64,000 nucleotides of DNA from Acidobacteriota bacterium. GTDB taxonomy: Bacteria; Acidobacteriota; Terriglobia; Terriglobales; Acidobacteriaceae. The notes below the pieces were generated by a model. It saw only the letters and a list, made by a program, of their open reading frames with translations, was not told where the DNA came from and made no database searches. Location: NCBI GenBank assembly GCA_021781795.1, contig JAJXWA010000008.1, forward strand, positions 4,860-68,859, read 5' to 3'. This document shows, in pieces, positions 39,644 through 49,447 of this stretch. Each line of letters opens with the position of its first letter. Position 1 is the stretch's first letter. The position numbers were made by a program, and so were the translations under genes.

Positions 39644-40827
39644 ACGCGTGCCGCTCCCTGCGTGCTCATCCGGCGTCGCTCGGCCCAGCGCCGCAGTCCA
39701 TCCAGCATCCGCTCTCCGGCCGCGCAGCGAAACCACCGCGCGTGACCCACGAGATAGTCCCAGCTCGCCAACCGCGCCTTCTCGTGCGAGTGCAGCACAT
39801 CCACAAAATAATCCGCCTCCGTCAGCGCAAACTCCGCATGACACACCGCCATCATCGGCGCCAACGCCGCCGCCTCCGCATCCGTCAGCGGCCGAGTCTC
39901 TTCATAACCCTCCAGCAGCGCCGTCGCGTGGTCCATCCGCACCGCCACCTCGTCCGTCACCTCGGGATGCACCATCAGCGTCAGCCACTCCACGCAATTG
40001 CGTTCCAGTGCCAGCGCCAGGTCATGCACCGCGTTTGTCCGGTCCGCCAATCCGAAATCAATCACCGCCGTCGCCTGCGCATCCTCGTCCAATCCGCTCC
40101 AGAATAGGTTCGACGCGTGCAGATCGTTATGCGTCCACAGCGGCTTCAGTTCCTGCATCAGCGGCCGCAGCTCCGTGTGAAAAGGCTCCAGTGCCTCCAG
40201 CGCCGCATCGCAGTGCTGCCGCGTCTCCGCTTCATCCCGCAGCGACGCACGCGCTCCGAGATACGCATCCATCGCAGCCTCCGCATCCTGCGCCGCAAAA
40301 ATCGTAAAGCTCGCCACCAGCGGCCTCGCCCTGCGCGCCGGCGCATTCAATCCCTCTGCCGCCCGATGCAACCGCGCCAGCGCCCGTCCCGCCTCGCGCG
40401 CATGAGCCGCGCACCGGAACGGCGTCCACGAAATCGCATCCTCATAAAGGTCTACTCCGCGCGGCGTCTCGTGCACCTCATAGCACCATGTGCCGCTCTC
40501 CACCGCGCTCGCGCCCGCGCGCGTCCGCAGCACCCGCGGCACGCTGCATCCATGCGCCAGCAGATGCTCCATGAAATGATGCTCCTCCGCCAGACCCTCT
40601 GCATCACGCACCGCACGCGCGTGTCGCTTCACAAACACGCGCCCCGCACCCGTGCGCACCACGCTCGCCGCAGAAAACGGCCGCGGGCTCACCGTCTCAA
40701 TCGCATACGGTCCTTCCCACTCCGCATACTGCCCAAGCACCGCGCGCACTTCGGCCTCGCTCAGCGGTGGCCAGTCCGGCTCCACCAGCGTCCCGTCCAT
40801 CCCGTGCGCCTTCGCAGTCTCCGTCAT
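39640..40827 (-). CDS. APH/choline-kinase-like phosphotransferase, putative thiamine kinase
   Basis: VFVKRH, LARLH, HNDLHASN, VIDFG motifs; located between the TBDR and pnuC. Confidence 0.8.
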   Translation of the reverse strand: MTETAKAHGMDGTLVEPDWPPLSEAEVRAVLGQYAEWEGPYAIETVSPRPFSAASVVRTGAGRVFVKRHARAVRDAEGLAEEHHFMEHLLAHGCSVPRVLRTRAGASAVESGTWCYEVHETPRGVDLYEDAISWTPFRCAAHAREAGRALARLHRAAEGLNAPARRARPLVASFTIFAAQDAEAAMDAYLGARASLRDEAETRQHCDAALEALEPFHTELRPLMQELKPLWTHNDLHASNLFWSGLDEDAQATAVIDFGLADRTNAVHDLALALERNCVEWLTLMVHPEVTDEVAVRMDHATALLEGYEETRPLTDAEAAALAPMMAVCHAEFALTEADYFVDVLHSHEKARLASWDYLVGHARWFRCAAGERMLDGLRRWAERRRMSTQGAARV

Positions 40828-40862
40828 GCCTGCCGCATCCTTTGCATCCCGTTCACGCCAAT

Positions 40863-43178
40863 TTAGAAAGTGTAATGGGCCGCAAGCCGCACCGTCGCCG
40901 GCGCACCCAGATGAATGAACGTATCGCCATAGCTCGCACCCGTATCCTTCCAGTAGCGCCGGTTCAGCACATTGTCCGCATAAAGCCGCAGCGTCAGATG
41001 CCCGTCCTCGCCGCCCGGCTGGTAACGCGCCCCTAGGTTGAACAGGTTGTATCCGCCCACGCTCACCAGGTCGTCGCGCGTCGCCTCCTTGCGGCTGGTA
41101 GTGCTCCATCCCGGCATCAGGTGCAGCCCGCCCATGTGCGGCACCACCATATCCGCGAACACTGTCGCATGCTCACGCGGCACGTTGATCACCTGCTTGC
41201 CGTCGTACGCCGCCGTGCCCGTGTTCGTCGACGTTGCCGTTAACGCCATCAGCGACGCTGTCAGTTGCACCCAATTCGCCGCCTTGCCCTGCGCCGTGAA
41301 CTCCAGGCCATCATGCGTCTCATGTCCCTGCGCCTCAAAGCACATGCCCCCCGGATTCACCGTTCCCGTGCAGAACGCATCCGGCCCCTGAATCACCCGC
41401 GGATAGAAAAACGGCTGCCGCATCCGGAACACATCCGCCGTCAGCAGAATCGTGTGCTCATACTTCACCCCAATCTCGGACTGCCGCGTGTTGTAGGGAT
41501 CGAGAAACACATACGGGTTATCTACCCACCACGGAGCCTGCGGCCCCAGCGACAGCAGCACGCCATAGTTGCCATACAGCGTCACATCGCTCACCGGCGA
41601 GTACGTCACAGCATACTGCGGCAGCCACATCGACCGCGCCGAGGTGTAATTGAAATCCGTCACGCGTGCATACCGCCCGCCAGCCAGCAGTTGAATTCCG
41701 CCTGGCACGTGAATCCGGTCCTGCGCAATCCCTGACGCCTGCCGGTCAAAATCCGACAGCGTCGACGGCCCCGCATGCTGCAGCGGGCTCTCAATCGCAT
41801 AGGGAATATCCGGCTGATACACGTTCTCCACGCCAATCGGCGTATACACGATCGTCGGCGACAGCTCCACCAGCCTGTGAAACAGCTCGCCGCCGCCCAC
41901 CACATCGTGCGTCAGCCATCCCGTCGAGAAGTGTCCCTGCGCCAGCGCCTCGCCGTCCGCATTCAGCCACAGCTCGCCGGGACTGCGATAGTCATAAATC
42001 TCGTAGCTCCCATCCGGGCAGAAGAAATACGCCGGCGCATTGGGACACAACGAATTCCCATTCGCATCCAGCGCCGCGCCATACGGATAGATCACATTGT
42101 CATCAATGAGCGAGTGGCTGTACTCGCCCGCCACACGAGCCGACCAATTCGCATCGAACGTATGCTCCAGCCGCGCGCCCGCATTGAACGCATCAAACGT
42201 GTTGGGCTTGGCCCACGGCTGAAAGCCCAGCATCACCGACGGATACACCGGCGACGGCACCGTCGTTCCGCCCAGCAGTTGATACCCCGCTTCTGAACGC
42301 TGCACGCGATGCTGATACTCAAAGTCCGTGTACGCATGCGTCTGGTCATCAATCTTCCACGACGTATCCAGCGCGCCCACACCGCGCCAGCCATTCGCAT
42401 GCTGCACATAGGTGTGCATGTTCTCGCCCGCCACGTTCAGCCGCAGCCCCGGCTCATAGCGCGTCTTGTTGAACAGTAGCCCAGCATCCAACGCGCCATA
42501 CGACGTCCCCCGGTGATCCGTCGCCATGTCCACCGCCGGCCGCAGTCCTGCGCGCGGCTCCTTTGTCACGTAGTTGATCACCCCGCCCGCATTCGCCACG
42601 CCGCTCTCCACGCCGGCGATGCCCTTCAGAATCTCCACGCTCTCTTTGTTCTCCAGCGGCACATCCTGATTGCCGGAAATCGTCAGCCCATTGATTTGTA
42701 GCCCAGTCGCCAGATCAATCGGAAACCCGCGAATTTCAAAGTCCCCGTAGTAACCCACCGGCGCATAGTCCTCGCCCACCGACGCATCGTTCTTCACCAC
42801 ATCGCTCAGCACACGCGCCATCTGGTCGTTCAGCACCGCCCGCGTCACCGCCGTCACTGCCAGCGGCGTCTCCAGCAGCATCGCGCCATCCAGGCTCCCC
42901 ACCGGGCTCGCGCCGGACACATAGTCGTCCGTCACCTCGCCGCGCACCACCACCGTCGTCGTCACGCGCTGCGGCAACTGCTGCGCACCCGACCCGTTCT
43001 CCTGTGATGCATGCTGTGCCGGACTCTGCGCCTGTCCAACCGCACCGGCCTGCGCCCTCAACGCGCACGGCATCGCCGCGAGCAACGCACACGCCAGCGC
43101 CATCGCGCACACATCCCGCGCAGCTCTCGCAAATGATTGGGTGTTAGCTTCTTTGGCTGAACCGGTCAACGCCCGCAT
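40863..43178 (-). CDS. TonB-dependent receptor, putative thiamine uptake
   Basis: Signal peptide, TVVVRG TonB-box-like, ETPLAVTAV, VEILKG...GGVINYVTK plug, NVLNRRYW, terminal F. Confidence 0.92.
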   Translation of the reverse strand: MRALTGSAKEANTQSFARAARDVCAMALACALLAAMPCALRAQAGAVGQAQSPAQHASQENGSGAQQLPQRVTTTVVVRGEVTDDYVSGASPVGSLDGAMLLETPLAVTAVTRAVLNDQMARVLSDVVKNDASVGEDYAPVGYYGDFEIRGFPIDLATGLQINGLTISGNQDVPLENKESVEILKGIAGVESGVANAGGVINYVTKEPRAGLRPAVDMATDHRGTSYGALDAGLLFNKTRYEPGLRLNVAGENMHTYVQHANGWRGVGALDTSWKIDDQTHAYTDFEYQHRVQRSEAGYQLLGGTTVPSPVYPSVMLGFQPWAKPNTFDAFNAGARLEHTFDANWSARVAGEYSHSLIDDNVIYPYGAALDANGNSLCPNAPAYFFCPDGSYEIYDYRSPGELWLNADGEALAQGHFSTGWLTHDVVGGGELFHRLVELSPTIVYTPIGVENVYQPDIPYAIESPLQHAGPSTLSDFDRQASGIAQDRIHVPGGIQLLAGGRYARVTDFNYTSARSMWLPQYAVTYSPVSDVTLYGNYGVLLSLGPQAPWWVDNPYVFLDPYNTRQSEIGVKYEHTILLTADVFRMRQPFFYPRVIQGPDAFCTGTVNPGGMCFEAQGHETHDGLEFTAQGKAANWVQLTASLMALTATSTNTGTAAYDGKQVINVPREHATVFADMVVPHMGGLHLMPGWSTTSRKEATRDDLVSVGGYNLFNLGARYQPGGEDGHLTLRLYADNVLNRRYWKDTGASYGDTFIHLGAPATVRLAAHYTF

Positions 43179-43248
43179 GGTTTCTCCTCGTTTCCACTTG
43201 CTCGAAACAGGAGAACTCGCGCGTCAATCCATCAAAGGCGGCTTGCCC

Positions 43249-43330
43249 TGAAAGCTTCCCACGCCGGTATTATCCGGATCGGGTTCGAGGGTATTTCTCA
43301 GCCCCGCACCGCGGAGCACCCCTGTTTCAA
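43249..43330 (-). ncRNA. TPP riboswitch
   Basis: Minus strand reads AGGGGTGC...GCTGAGAAATACCCTCGAACCCGATCCGGATAATACCGGCGTGGGAAG, matching the THI-box consensus. Confidence 0.93.
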
Positions 43331-43426
43331 TAACCAAATTGAAACACTCCCCGCACCGGATTGCAAATCGCCGACTCACATCACAGGACGCGCACCCAGC
43401 TCGCGCGCGTCCCATCCTCATCGTCA

Positions 43427-45310
43427 CTACTGCGCCGCAGTCGCCTTGCCCGCTGCACCTGCCTTGCCCGTGCCTTCCTTAATCGTCACAATCCGGTCCA
43501 CGCCCGGCACCGTGAAGTGCTCCACCGCGCCGCTCGGCCAATGCACTTCAATGTCCTGCACCGTCGTCGACTGCCCCAGCCCAAAATGCACCCGCTGGTC
43601 GTTCGACGAAAGGTAGCTTCCGCCGCTCAGCACATCCTCGCGCTGCTTCATGCCGTTCGCCGTCACGTAGACCGTCGCGCCCACCGCATCCCGCGGGCTC
43701 TTCGACCCTCCAGTCAGTTGCATCTCCAGCCAGTGGTTCGTGTCCGCATTCACATTCTTCAGCAGCACCGGATGTCCGTCCATCACGTTGATCACCGCGT
43801 CCAGCTTGCCGCGGTTGAACAGGTCGCCCACCGCCATGCCGCGCCCGGCAATCACCACTGCCAGCCCCGTGCCTTCCACCGCCGGAACATTCTCAAATCC
43901 CTTGCCGCCGTTGTTGCGGAAGAGCATCGGCCGCTGCTTCCAGCTCGTGCCCCAGTTATAGGTGTCGGCCTCGGGATACACGTGGCCGTTATCCATCAGC
44001 AGGTCTTTCCACCCGTCGTTGTCATAATCCATGAACGCATCGCCCCAGCTCAGGAAAGGCACCGTAATCTCGCCCAGCCCGATGTGGTAGCTGATGTCCG
44101 TCAGGTTCGCGTCGCCTTCGTTGTGATAGAGCGGCTTGTAGCTGTCCGAGAACGCCGTGTCAAACACATCCAGCATCCCGTTGTTCTCATAGTCGCCCAC
44201 GGCAATCCCCATCGACGCCGTCTCTTGCCCCGCCTCATTCACCGCGAACCCCGAGGCATAGCTCACATCGTCAAACGTCCCGTCGCCCTTGTTGATGTAC
44301 AGATAATTCGGCGTCGAGTCGTTGCCCACCAGCAGGTCCGGCTTGCCGTCGTTGTTGATATCCGCAAATACCGCGCCCAGCCCGTAGTAGCCCGCCTTGT
44401 CCGCTACGCCAGCCTTCTCGCTCACGTCCGTAAAGGTCCCATCGCCGTTGTTGTGGAACAGGTGATCGGGTTCGCCCTTCAGTCCGCGCGGCCCACAAGC
44501 CACCGGCTCGCCGCGAAACGTGCAGTACGCATTCACCGTCCCGCCCTCGCTGCTCTGCGGCGGATTGCTCCGGTCAAACTGCACATACCCGGCCACAAAC
44601 AGGTCCAGCTTCCCGTCCCCGTCATAGTCGCCCCACGTCGTGCCCGTCGACCAGCCGCCTACCGTCACGCCGGCCTTCTCCGCCACATCCGAAAACGTCC
44701 CGTCATGATTGTTGTGGTAGAGCCTGTTCTTGCCCCAGTTCGACACATAAAGGTCCGGCCAGCCGTCGTTATCGTAGTCCGCCACCGAGCAGCCCGTGCC
44801 CCAGCGGTCGTTCGTCACGCCCGCCTTCTGCGCCACCTCGGTAAACGTCCCGTCGTGGTTGTTGTGGAAGAGCGCTGCATGGGACGGCGCAGCCTTGCCG
44901 TCCAGCGCGTCAAAGGTCGAGCCGTTCACCACATAGATGTCCTGCCACCCGTCGTGGTCATAGTCCAGCAGGCACACTCCGCTGCCCTTCGTCTCCACCA
45001 GGTAGTGCTTCGCCGGCGTGCCCATCGTGTGCGTCCAGTGCGTCAGCCCAGCCTTCTCGGAGGCGTCCTCAAACACCACGGGCCCCGACTTCACAAAGCC
45101 GCCCTCGGTGATCGGTCTGTGCTGCGCATCCAGTTGAATCGCATGCGGCGACCCCGTCGACGGCCCGCCTCCGGGCGCCTGCGCACCACTCGACGCAGGC
45201 TGCTGCCCGCCCGCCGCCGGCGTCGTCTCTTTCACTTGACCAACCAATAACGCGGGAACTGCGCACACCAGCAGCCCCAGTGGGAAGATCGCTCGAAAAG
45301 CCCTGCACAT
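43427..45310 (-). CDS. CRTAC1-family secreted protein (FG-GAP/VCBS propeller plus ASPIC/UnbV), paralogue 1
   Basis: Repeated DYDNDGWxD motifs and GGSYLSSNDQRVHFGLG...IEVHWPSG. Start trimmed to ATG 45310. Confidence 0.9.
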   Translation of the reverse strand: MCRAFRAIFPLGLLVCAVPALLVGQVKETTPAAGGQQPASSGAQAPGGGPSTGSPHAIQLDAQHRPITEGGFVKSGPVVFEDASEKAGLTHWTHTMGTPAKHYLVETKGSGVCLLDYDHDGWQDIYVVNGSTFDALDGKAAPSHAALFHNNHDGTFTEVAQKAGVTNDRWGTGCSVADYDNDGWPDLYVSNWGKNRLYHNNHDGTFSDVAEKAGVTVGGWSTGTTWGDYDGDGKLDLFVAGYVQFDRSNPPQSSEGGTVNAYCTFRGEPVACGPRGLKGEPDHLFHNNGDGTFTDVSEKAGVADKAGYYGLGAVFADINNDGKPDLLVGNDSTPNYLYINKGDGTFDDVSYASGFAVNEAGQETASMGIAVGDYENNGMLDVFDTAFSDSYKPLYHNEGDANLTDISYHIGLGEITVPFLSWGDAFMDYDNDGWKDLLMDNGHVYPEADTYNWGTSWKQRPMLFRNNGGKGFENVPAVEGTGLAVVIAGRGMAVGDLFNRGKLDAVINVMDGHPVLLKNVNADTNHWLEMQLTGGSKSPRDAVGATVYVTANGMKQREDVLSGGSYLSSNDQRVHFGLGQSTTVQDIEVHWPSGAVEHFTVPGVDRIVTIKEGTGKAGAAGKATAAQ

Positions 45311-45403
45311 GCCGCCAGTATACGAGCTACGCCACACAACCCCATACCCATCGAAATGTGGAGCCAAGCCAGCGGACGACCCATCCCCCGCGTATCCTGA
45401 ACT

Positions 45404-46105
45404 GTGACCGCCAGCCCAACACCCGCCGCCGCGCGCCGCAAGCTTTCCTTCCTCCACGTCCTCCGTTGGCTCGTCCTCGGTCTCGTCTCCCTCTGGCTGC
45501 TGGCCGCGCTGCTTCTTGTCTTCTTCCGTTGGGTCAACCCGCCCACCACCGCCGTTCACATCGAGCGCCGCCTCCAGGCCTGGCTCCAGAACAAGCCCTA
45601 TCACCCGCGCGAAACCTACCTCCCGCTCCACGAGATCGCGCCCAACCTCCAGCACGCCGTCATCGCCGCGGAAGACGGGCGCTTCTACCAGCACCACGGC
45701 TTCGACTGGCACCAGATGCAGCTCGCCGCCCAGGGCGACGTGGAAGGCGAGCGCATCCGCGGTGCCTCCACACTCACCCAGCAACTCGTCAAAAATCTCT
45801 TCTTCGGCACCGGGCGCTCCATCCTCCGCAAAGGCGCGGAGGCCTCGCTCGTTCCCGTCGCGGAGCTCGTCCTCGGAAAGCAGCGCATCCTTGAGCTCTA
45901 CTTGAACCTCGTCGAGTGGGGTCCGGCCATCTACGGCGCAGAGGCCGCGTGCCGCGCGGACTACGGCACATCCGCGCGCACCATCGGCCGCGACCAGGCC
46001 GCGCGCCTCGCCGCCATCCTGCCCGCGCCGCGCCGCCGCCATCCCCAGCGCATGGACAGCTACAGCGCCATCATCCTCGAGCGCATGCGCCAGATGGGCT
46101 GGTGA
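45404..46105 (+). CDS. mtgA: Monofunctional peptidoglycan transglycosylase
   Basis: AEDGRFYQHHGFD, RGASTLTQQLVKNLF, RKGAE, KQRILELYLNLVEWG, YGAEAA. Confidence 0.94.
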   Translation: MTASPTPAAARRKLSFLHVLRWLVLGLVSLWLLAALLLVFFRWVNPPTTAVHIERRLQAWLQNKPYHPRETYLPLHEIAPNLQHAVIAAEDGRFYQHHGFDWHQMQLAAQGDVEGERIRGASTLTQQLVKNLFFGTGRSILRKGAEASLVPVAELVLGKQRILELYLNLVEWGPAIYGAEAACRADYGTSARTIGRDQAARLAAILPAPRRRHPQRMDSYSAIILERMRQMGW

Positions 46106-46164
46106 GCCCGCCGGTTCGCATCGATCTGAACCCAACTACGGTGAGTGCAGAATTCCGGTCAGGG

Positions 46165-46464
46165 TCAAATTTCCATCGCCAACAGCGCAGACCCCAGACA
46201 CTTGCCGTGTGCGTCGAGCGCCAGCGAGCGCGTGACACTGAAGGCCGCCGGGCGCTGCAAAACAAAGTTCAGGGCGCCGAGGTGCGGAAGGCTGAAGCGC
46301 AGGACGGGCCCGTCGACCCACTCGCGAAAATGCTCTGCGACCCGCTCTGCTGTCACTTCCTTCTCCAGACGCACAAAGTCTTCCTTGCGATAGGCAATCA
46401 GCGAGATGGTCACCATAGTGCCCTTGTCGCCGGTGCGCGCGTGCGCAATCTCATGCAGAAGCAT
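46165..46464 (-). CDS. AtuA C-terminal-like small protein
   Basis: LHEIAHARTGDKG...LNFVL...SLALDAHGK; overlaps the upstream AtuA gene. Confidence 0.8.
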   Translation of the reverse strand: MLLHEIAHARTGDKGTMVTISLIAYRKEDFVRLEKEVTAERVAEHFREWVDGPVLRFSLPHLGALNFVLQRPAAFSVTRSLALDAHGKCLGSALLAMEI

Positions 46465-47797
46465 GGCGCGACTCCAGAATTTCGACTTGTGGCGAGACAG
46501 ACTCGCGCGGCATGAGCGCGGAAGCGATGGCGAGAATTTCGCGTGTCGACCCCGAAGCTCCTCCACCGCCGGCCGGGCCGTTGGTGTAGAGCGCCTCCAC
46601 CTCGCGCTGGATCCACATTGCCGTCGCTGCCGATGCGGCGCGTCCGGCTGCGCGCAGGCGCACTTCGTAGGGCGCTGGTGCATGTGCGGAGAGCTGCGCT
46701 CCGTGTATGGCGTTCATGCCAATAAAGTCGAAGCGCAGTTCGGCCATCGGAAACGCAGCAAGCCGTTCCGCGAGAATGTCGCGTGCAAGCTCGGCGCGCG
46801 GCAGGGCATTGGGCCCCGCGTAGGAGATCTGCCCTTCACCGATGAAGCCATCGTGATAGCCAATCGAAACCTTGAGCGTGGAAGGCCGCGCGCGGCCTCT
46901 GCCGCCGCTGACGCGGACCCGGTCCGGTCCCATTTCTTCCAGGTGGACCTGCGAAAAGTCTGCGACCACGTCCGGCGTGAAATACATCGACGGGTCCTGA
47001 ATCTCGTAGAGCAGTTGTTCCGTGCAGGTGGCGCGCGTCAACATGCCACCCGAACCCTCCACCTTGGTGAGCACCGCGCTTCCGTCCGGCTCCACTGCGG
47101 CGATGGGAAAGCCGAGGCGCGCAAGATTGAGCACATCCTTATATCCGGGGTCGGCGAAGTATCCGCCTGTCAGTTGCCCGGCGCACTCCAGCAAGTGCCC
47201 AATCACTGTCCCTTGCCCCAGAGTCTCCCAGTTCTCCCACGACCATCCGAACTCATGCACAAGAGGCGCAAGAAACAGCGCGGGATCGGCGACGCGTCCG
47301 GTCAGCACCACGTCTGCGCCGCCGGCCAGCGCCTGCGCCACAGGTGCTGCTCCCACATACGCATTGGCTGCGATCCATCGCTCCTCCGGCGGCAGCGGCC
47401 CTTCGAGCGACGTCAGTACGTCGATCTTCCGGCGCAGCAGGCCCAGCACATCATCGCCTGTCACGGCCGCGACTCGAACGTTGGGCAACCCCAGCTCGCG
47501 GACAATTTCGCATGTCTTCACCGCAGCGGCTCGGGGATTCGCAGCGCCCATGTTGCTGACAATGCGGATGCGCCGCTCGGAGCAGATGGGCAGCACGGCA
47601 CGCATGCGCTCTTCGAGCAGCGGATCGTAGCCTGCACTTGCATCACGCAGGCGCGCCTTTTGGGCGAGGGCAATTGTTCGCTCCGCGAGGCACTCGAAGA
47701 CAAGATAGTCGAGCGAACCCTTGGCCGCCAGTTCGACCGCAGGGTCAATCCTGTCGCCTGAGTATCCCGCGCCCGCACCGATTCTCACTGTCTTCAT
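46451..47797 (-). CDS. AtuA/DUF1446 family protein
   Basis: IGAGAGYSGDR, FECLAERT, NMGAANP, GHLLECAGQLTGG, EQLLYEI, YTNGPAGGGG. Confidence 0.9.
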   Translation of the reverse strand: MKTVRIGAGAGYSGDRIDPAVELAAKGSLDYLVFECLAERTIALAQKARLRDASAGYDPLLEERMRAVLPICSERRIRIVSNMGAANPRAAAVKTCEIVRELGLPNVRVAAVTGDDVLGLLRRKIDVLTSLEGPLPPEERWIAANAYVGAAPVAQALAGGADVVLTGRVADPALFLAPLVHEFGWSWENWETLGQGTVIGHLLECAGQLTGGYFADPGYKDVLNLARLGFPIAAVEPDGSAVLTKVEGSGGMLTRATCTEQLLYEIQDPSMYFTPDVVADFSQVHLEEMGPDRVRVSGGRGRARPSTLKVSIGYHDGFIGEGQISYAGPNALPRAELARDILAERLAAFPMAELRFDFIGMNAIHGAQLSAHAPAPYEVRLRAAGRAASAATAMWIQREVEALYTNGPAGGGGASGSTREILAIASALMPRESVSPQVEILESRHASA

Positions 47798-47810
47798 TGC
47801 ATGCTCCGAT

Positions 47811-49106
47811 TTATCGCAGTGGAATGATACCGAACGCAACAGCCGCGGCTGTCATCAACAGCGAAGCGGCAAAGAGAAATGGAATCGAGTACCGCTGATG
47901 CTGAGCCAGACTGATTTCCGAGAGTCCCACCACAAGATAAGTTGCAGGCGTCAGCGGACTCACCGGAAATCCCGTTGTGTGCAGCCCGAGCAGCGCCGCC
48001 TGAGCCATGGTAACCGGCGCGACACCCGCAGCCGACGCGGCGCCGGCCAGTACAGGCAAGACTCCAAAGTAGAACGAATCAGGATCAAAGAAAAGGCTCA
48101 GCGGCATCGAAACAATTCCCAGACCAAGTGGAATCATCCGCACGCCTTGCTGCGGCAGGTGGGCCACGGCTGCGGCCGCCATCGCGTTCACCATGCCCGT
48201 GCCCTTCATGATGCCTGTGAAAGCCCCCGCGGCAAAAAGGATGCTCGCCATGAGAATCGCTGCTGGAGCATGCGCCGTCAGCCGCTCCTGCTGGGCCTTC
48301 ATCTCTGGAAAGTTGATGGTGATGGCGACGACCGTTCCAATCATGAATGCAATCGCCGGATCCACCTTGCCACTGATCATCGCGCTGAAAACGACCAGCG
48401 TAATGAGCCCATTGAGCAGGAAAAATCTTGGCCGAGCAGCAGCGGGCACGCCGTCCGTCTCACTTGCATCTCCATGCCTGCGGATTGACTCCGCATTCAG
48501 CCTGCGTTCCTCGCGCCTGCCCAGCAGATAGGAAGCCGTGAACACAAAGGCTAGCCCCACCGCCTGCACCCCGACCATGGGAGCAAAGATGCTGGCGACA
48601 CCGATGTGCAAAGCAGCCGAGGCTCGCAGCGTCGGCCCCGTCCATGGCAGAAAGTTGACTCCCGCGGCCATCGAAACCACGCAGGCAAGGATGCGCCGGT
48701 CAATCTTCAGCTCATCGTAGAGCGGCAGCACCGCGGGAATTGTGACGAGGAAAGCCACGGCACCCGAGCCATCGAGATGAACCAGCAAAGCCAGCAGCGC
48801 CGTTCCCGGAACGATGCGGGAGGGTCTGCGGCCAACCGTCCGCAGCAGCCACGCGATGAGCGGCTTCAGCATACCCGCATCGGTCATGATCCCGAAGAAA
48901 AGAATGGCAAAGACAAACATGCCGATCACACCAGAGATCGATTCGATGCCGGAGATCATGAACTTGCCAGTTCTCATGCCGAACCCGCCGCAGAGCGACG
49001 CGAGCACGGGAACAGCGACTAGCGCAACCATGGGCGAGATCCTCTTGCTGAGAATCGCGACCATCAGCGCGAGCACGGTGCAGGCACCCAAAACAGCTAA
49101 ATACAT
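47811..49106 (-). CDS. CitMHS-family citrate/metal-carboxylate transporter
   Basis: [50 protein letters not shown]. Confidence 0.88.
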   Translation of the reverse strand: MYLAVLGACTVLALMVAILSKRISPMVALVAVPVLASLCGGFGMRTGKFMISGIESISGVIGMFVFAILFFGIMTDAGMLKPLIAWLLRTVGRRPSRIVPGTALLALLVHLDGSGAVAFLVTIPAVLPLYDELKIDRRILACVVSMAAGVNFLPWTGPTLRASAALHIGVASIFAPMVGVQAVGLAFVFTASYLLGRREERRLNAESIRRHGDASETDGVPAAARPRFFLLNGLITLVVFSAMISGKVDPAIAFMIGTVVAITINFPEMKAQQERLTAHAPAAILMASILFAAGAFTGIMKGTGMVNAMAAAAVAHLPQQGVRMIPLGLGIVSMPLSLFFDPDSFYFGVLPVLAGAASAAGVAPVTMAQAALLGLHTTGFPVSPLTPATYLVVGLSEISLAQHQRYSIPFLFAASLLMTAAAVAFGIIPLR

Positions 49107-49447
49107 AAGAGGTGTGATTCTTCTCAGATACGTCCAACAGAACTATACGAGATCGATACGATGCCTGAGAACTTCATGCCGAATCACCGGCGGGTCATCA
49201 TCGTTGGGCCGCACTCTTCTCAGGCATCGCGCCGTTTATAGGTGCCGAAATTTTAAGACCGCCTCAAGCTGAAGCCGTCTAGAGAGTCCTCAGCAGTGCC
49301 CGCTTCTCGGCAGCCTCATCGGGTTAAGTTCCTGAGGACCTCAACCGGAAGTTCGAGTTCCATTCCATCCATTCCTCCGGAGACACTGTCACCTTCTACC
49401 CATCATCATTGCCGCTGAAGCACTTCCCCTGCTTGAGAGGTCATTCA

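Noticed and set aside
43427-46135. 902 aa version of the CRTAC1 ORF
   Set aside because: The N-terminal extension is antisense to mtgA; ATG 45310 gives a signal peptide and follows a -10 box.
49285-49339. GTCCTCAG...CTGAGGAC inverted repeat
   Set aside because: Only 8 bp with a long spacer; compatible with chance.
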